A program made the position numbers and the translations under genes. A DNA stretch of 64,000 nt, taken from Sebaldella sp. Lineage in GTDB: Bacteria > Fusobacteriota > Fusobacteriia > Fusobacteriales > Leptotrichiaceae. The notes under the pieces are model-generated. The model was not told the DNA's origin. It did not search any database and saw only the letters and a list, made by a program, of their open reading frames with translations. Of this stretch, positions 59,808-64,000 are shown in pieces (within the stretch, counting starts at the first letter, position 1; the number at the start of each line of letters is the position of its first letter). The stretch spans positions 7,303 to 71,302 of the forward strand of contig JAGOZX010000003.1 in assembly GCA_018058425.1 (NCBI GenBank). The letters run 5' to 3'.

Positions 59808-60962
59808 ATGAATGTAAGTAGAAGAATTTATTGGCCTGCATCCACATTAATAGGACCTGGCTGTGTAAAAGAAATAGGAGAAGATATAAAAGATCTAGGT
59901 TTAGAAAAAGCATTGATAGTAACAGATAAAATACTAAATGAAATTGGCGTGGTAAAAAAAGTAACTGATGTTTTAGATAAAAGTGGAATAAAGTATAAAA
60001 TAGTAGATGATGTAAGACCTAATCCAACAATGAAGAATATACATGATGGTTTAAAAGTGTATCAAGAAAATAAGTGTGATTTCATAATATCAATAGGAGG
60101 AGGTTCACCACAAGATGCAGGTAAGGCAATAGGGATACTTGCTGCAAATGGCGGTGAAATAAAAGATTATGAAGGAGTAAATATATCAAAAAAGAAATCT
60201 GTACCAATAATAGCTATAAATACAACAGCTGGAACAGCCAGCGAAGTAACTATATTTTATGTTATTACAAATGAAGAAAAACATATAAAAATGGTAATGG
60301 TAGATAAAAACTGTTTAGCAACAATAGCAGTAAGTGATCCTGAATTAATGATAAATAAGCCTGCTTCTCTAACTGCAGCAACAGGAATGGACACATTAAC
60401 TCATGCTGTGGAAGCATATTTATCTAATGGAGCTTATGAACTTACAAATGTTCTAGCTTTAGAAGCAATAAAATTAGTAGGAGAGTCGCTGGAAGACGCA
60501 GTAAAAGATGGAAAGAACATAGAGGCAAGATCAAAAATGGCCTATGCATCTTATATGGCAGGAATGGCTTTTAGTAATGCAGGGCTTGGTTATGTACATT
60601 CTATGGCACATCAGTTAGGTGGGTTTTACGATTTACCACATGGAGTATGTAATGCTATTTTATTACCACATGTAGAGAAGTTTAATTCAAAAGCCACTGG
60701 GGATAGATTAAGAGAAGTAGCAAGGGCTTTAGGAGAAAATGTAGATGGATTAACAACAGAAGAAGCAAATGAAAAAGCTATATCTGCAATAAAAAGACTT
60801 TCAAAAAATGTTGGGATACCAAGTGGATTACGAGAATTAGGAGTAAAAGAAGAGGACTTTAAAGTAATGGCCGAAAATGCGTTAAAAGATGCATGTGCAC
60901 CAACAAATCCTATAGAGATAACTTTAGAGGAGGTAATGGGAATATATAAAGAAGCACTATAA
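59808..60962 (+). CDS. Iron-containing alcohol dehydrogenase, copy 2 (tandem paralogue)
   Basis: Same length (384 aa) and motifs as copy 1, with scattered substitutions. Confidence 0.93.
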   Translation: MNVSRRIYWPASTLIGPGCVKEIGEDIKDLGLEKALIVTDKILNEIGVVKKVTDVLDKSGIKYKIVDDVRPNPTMKNIHDGLKVYQENKCDFIISIGGGSPQDAGKAIGILAANGGEIKDYEGVNISKKKSVPIIAINTTAGTASEVTIFYVITNEEKHIKMVMVDKNCLATIAVSDPELMINKPASLTAATGMDTLTHAVEAYLSNGAYELTNVLALEAIKLVGESLEDAVKDGKNIEARSKMAYASYMAGMAFSNAGLGYVHSMAHQLGGFYDLPHGVCNAILLPHVEKFNSKATGDRLREVARALGENVDGLTTEEANEKAISAIKRLSKNVGIPSGLRELGVKEEDFKVMAENALKDACAPTNPIEITLEEVMGIYKEAL

Positions 60963-61150
60963 ATATAGCAATACTAAAAGACAGATATTCGTGAAGAGAA
61001 ATTTTATTTTGGTAAATGAAATTATGTTCAATATAACATTGCATAAAGGAAGAATAGATAAGGATGGATGTTATGTTGAAAAAATAGGGAAAGGGTATTG
61101 TTATTAATTTAGAGGGCTATAGAAGATTTTAAAATATGTATTTTTATAAT

Positions 61151-61186
61151 TAAAGGGGTTGCATCTGAAAAGATACAACCCCTTTA
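61151..61186. terminator. Bidirectional intrinsic terminator
   Basis: TAAAGGGGTTG...CAACCCCTTTA. Confidence 0.8.
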
Positions 61187-61204
61187 TTTATAACATAATA
61201 ATCT

Positions 61205-61669
61205 TTAAGGTAAAATAATATTTATAAATGAAATATCCTCTTTTGGAGTTTCCTTAAATATTTTTTCATTTTCTGTAGCCTTTTCTTCCATAGCTTTTAT
61301 AAGAGAATCATCAAGATTAACTACATCAAAGTTTTTTTCTTGAATATTAGGTATTGTAGTGGCTGCCTTCATAGTAATAACAGCTTTAATGTTGTAATTT
61401 TTATCTTTACTAATTTCTATAAGCCTATTAGAACCTACAATAATTTGTTCTGTAGTATATATATCCATGTTAGTTTTTAACTTATCAATATTAACGTAAT
61501 ACTGATTTTTCTTTGAATTGACTGCTATTAAAGAATCGTTTCCAATACTTTTACCTGAGTAAAAAGAAAAAGTTTTGATATCATTTACATTTGAATAAGT
61601 TGGGCTTTTTTTCTTTGCGGTAAGCAGGGTACAACACATAATAAGCATGATAATAATTAATTTTTTCAT
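61205..61669 (-). CDS. Secreted hypothetical protein
   Basis: GGGAG RBS; signal peptide MKKLIIIMLIMCCTLLTA. Confidence 0.75.
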   Translation of the reverse strand: MKKLIIIMLIMCCTLLTAKKKSPTYSNVNDIKTFSFYSGKSIGNDSLIAVNSKKNQYYVNIDKLKTNMDIYTTEQIIVGSNRLIEISKDKNYNIKAVITMKAATTIPNIQEKNFDVVNLDDSLIKAMEEKATENEKIFKETPKEDISFINIILP

Positions 61670-61860
61670 AAATAATCTCCCTTTTTTTATTATTTTAATT
61701 TATACGAACATTTGGTATTATAGCATAAAATAATAATTATAATATATTTTATAAGCACATTTCTAAATTTTTTTTATCATTATACCTTAATAGAACATAA
61801 ACATCAGCAAAAACTCCATTTAATTTTTATGATATTTTATCAAAAAAATCATTTATCTAT

Positions 61861-61937
61861 AAAAAATGATCCAAAATGAAATAAAATGATTTTTTTTGAT
61901 TTAAAATGATTGACTTTTGAAAAAAATGTGGTATATT
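61861..61937 (+). promoter_or_regulatory. FruR-type tandem 10-bp operators and fru promoter
   Basis: Five phased 10-mers ending TGAT/TGAA (61861-61910) abutting TTGACT...TG-G-TATATT. Confidence 0.65.
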
Positions 61938-61953
61938 TATATAGGTGATAGTT

Positions 61954-62694
61954 ATGTTAGAAATCGAAAGACATGAGATGATATTAAAAAAACTAGAAGA
62001 AACAGGAAAATTATCATATGAAAATATAGAAAATTTTTTAAATGTTTCAATTGCTACAATTAGAAGAGATGTTGAAAAATTAAGTAAGAAAGACTTACTA
62101 AATAAAGTAAATGGTGGAATAGTATCGAAAAAAAGAATAAATTTCGAATTAGAAGTGGCAGAAAAATTTGAAGAAAATATAGAGGAAAAGAAAAAAATAG
62201 CAAAAAAGGCAGCTAAATTAGTAAAAAAAGGTGATTTTATATACTTGGATGCTGGAACAACAACTTATTATATGATTGACTATTTAAAAGATAAAAATAT
62301 ATCTGTAGTTACAAACGGATTAATGCATCTAGATAAGCTCCTGTTAAATAATATAAAGACAATAATTGTCGGTGGAGAAGTTAAGCCCGTTACAAAGGCT
62401 GTAGCTGGAATAGAAGCATTAAAAAACATAGAAAAATATAGATTTGATAAGTCATTTATAGGAGTAAATGGTGTGAGCATAGAATATGGATTTATGACTC
62501 CTGATGTTAATGAGGCACTTTTAAAAGAAAAAGTAATAGAAATATCAAATAAAGCATATATTTTAGCTGATCAAAAGAAATTTAATGAGTTATCAAGTGT
62601 TAAGTTTGCTGATATAAAAAAGTGTAAAATAATAACAAGTGAATTAAAAGATGAGGTTTATAAAAATTATACTATTGAGGAGGAAGAAAAATGA
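61954..62694 (+). CDS. fruR: DeoR family fructose operon repressor
   Basis: VSIATIRRD HTH, LDAGTT, VVTNG; operon context. Confidence 0.9.
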   Translation: MLEIERHEMILKKLEETGKLSYENIENFLNVSIATIRRDVEKLSKKDLLNKVNGGIVSKKRINFELEVAEKFEENIEEKKKIAKKAAKLVKKGDFIYLDAGTTTYYMIDYLKDKNISVVTNGLMHLDKLLLNNIKTIIVGGEVKPVTKAVAGIEALKNIEKYRFDKSFIGVNGVSIEYGFMTPDVNEALLKEKVIEISNKAYILADQKKFNELSSVKFADIKKCKIITSELKDEVYKNYTIEEEEK

Positions 62695-63605
62695 TATACA
62701 CACTTACGCTTAATCCGGCATTAGATTATGATGTTTATTTAGATAATTTTAGTGAAGGAGATTTAAATTTATCAAAAGAAATAAATATTCGAGCAGGTGG
62801 AAAAGGAATAAATGTATCAAAAGTTTTAGCAAACTTAGATTTATCTTCTAAGGCATTAGGATTTACTGGTGGATTCATAGGAGACTTTATAAAAAAAGAT
62901 TTGGAAACTCAAAATATAGATACTGATTTTGTCTCATTAGATGGCATAACAAGAATAAATGTAAAAATAAATAATAATAATAAAGAAACAGAAATTGCAG
63001 GCTTATCTCCGAAGATACCTGATTTTAAAAAAGATGAATTAGTAAAAAAATTAATGAATTTAAAAGATGGAGATACATTAATATTATCAGGAAGTATTCC
63101 AGATTCATTAACAAAAGATATATATAAAGAAATATCAAAAAAAGTACCTGAGAATGTAAAAATAGTTTTAGATACTAGAGGTAATTTACTAGATGAAAAT
63201 ATCCATAATAATTTTTTGATAAAGCCTAATATAAAGGAATTAGAAGAAATGTTTGAAATGGATTTAGATACTACAGCTAAAGTAATAGAAAAGTGTAAAT
63301 ATTTTTTAGATAAAAATATAAAAAATATTATAGTTTCAATGGGTGGAAAAGGGGCATTATATATAAATAGTAATGGAGCTTATACAGCGGAAGTTCCAAA
63401 AGGTACATTAATTAATTCAGTAGGCGCTGGAGATTCTATGGTTGCTGGATTTGTTGCTGGATTTGAGCTGGGGAAACTCCCAGAGGAAGCATTTAAGCTG
63501 GCTGTTGCAGCTGGCTCAGCTACAGCATATTCTTATGGTTTAGGTGAAAAAGATTTGATAGATAAATTATACAATGAAATAAAAATAAAAAAGGATGGTG
63601 AATGA
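62691..63605 (+). CDS. fruK: 1-phosphofructokinase (PfkB family)
   Basis: TLNPALD, GGKGINVS, TRINVK, KPN, SVGAGDS. Confidence 0.95.
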   Translation: MIYTLTLNPALDYDVYLDNFSEGDLNLSKEINIRAGGKGINVSKVLANLDLSSKALGFTGGFIGDFIKKDLETQNIDTDFVSLDGITRINVKINNNNKETEIAGLSPKIPDFKKDELVKKLMNLKDGDTLILSGSIPDSLTKDIYKEISKKVPENVKIVLDTRGNLLDENIHNNFLIKPNIKELEEMFEMDLDTTAKVIEKCKYFLDKNIKNIIVSMGGKGALYINSNGAYTAEVPKGTLINSVGAGDSMVAGFVAGFELGKLPEEAFKLAVAAGSATAYSYGLGEKDLIDKLYNEIKIKKDGE

Positions 63606-63606
63606 A

Positions 63607-64000
63607 ATGAGAATTACAGAATTATTGACCAAAGATAGAATGAATTTAGATTTAAAATCGACATCTAAAGGTGATGTTATAAAAGAAATTGCTGTTACAT
63701 TTTTAGAAACTGGTATTGTTGATAACCTTGATGGATTTATAGGGGAAATAAAAAAAAGAGAAGGGTTAAGTTCAACTGCTTTAGAAGAAGGAATTGCTAT
63801 TCCTCATGCTAAAACAAAATATGTGAAAAAACCAGCTTTATCATTTGGTAGATCAAAAGCAGGAATTGATTATGAATCATTAGATGGAGAGCCATCAACT
63901 ATATTTTTTATGATAGCAGCACCAGAAAATGCAAATAATGCTCATATAGAAACTCTGGCAAGATTAACACAGTTATTGTTAGATACAGATTTTAGAAATG
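63607..64000 (+). CDS. fruA: Fructose PTS EIIABC, 5' part (EIIA domain; truncated by window)
   Basis: MRITELL...REGLSSTALEEGIAIPHAK...FFMIAAP...HIETLARL; not in ORF track. Confidence 0.92.
   Translation, partial: MRITELLTKDRMNLDLKSTSKGDVIKEIAVTFLETGIVDNLDGFIGEIKKREGLSSTALEEGIAIPHAKTKYVKKPALSFGRSKAGIDYESLDGEPSTIFFMIAAPENANNAHIETLARLTQLLLDTDFRN

Overview
Very AT-rich bacterial chromosome segment, most consistent with Fusobacteriota/Leptotrichiaceae (Sebaldella/Leptotrichia-like; inferred from the fusobacterial-type giant autotransporter and Firmicutes-like housekeeping genes). In order it holds: the end of an opp operon with four OppA paralogues, interleaved with a lipidated S8 protease autotransporter and a secreted hypothetical protein; mupG-murQ-murP; truA-GNAT; nnr; a CPBP protease; tyrS followed by a DUF2145-like pair; dps; zur-znuACB; a 2405-aa autotransporter with three small secreted genes; rnhA; miaB-GH13-rho; a Man-family PTS; a LacI-regulated rhamnose cluster with an extra isomerase; a tandem Fe-ADH duplication; and the start of fruRKA. 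I found no CRISPR, rRNA/tRNA, transposase, integrase or phage genes. The main non-genic signal is a 33-34 bp intergenic REP-like element (9 full copies and 1 partial) whose 5-bp stem shows compensatory substitutions and which forms alternating-orientation clusters. Several isolated RBS+start+signal-peptide stubs and several candidate operators are also present. Family names come from motif recognition only; no searches were run.
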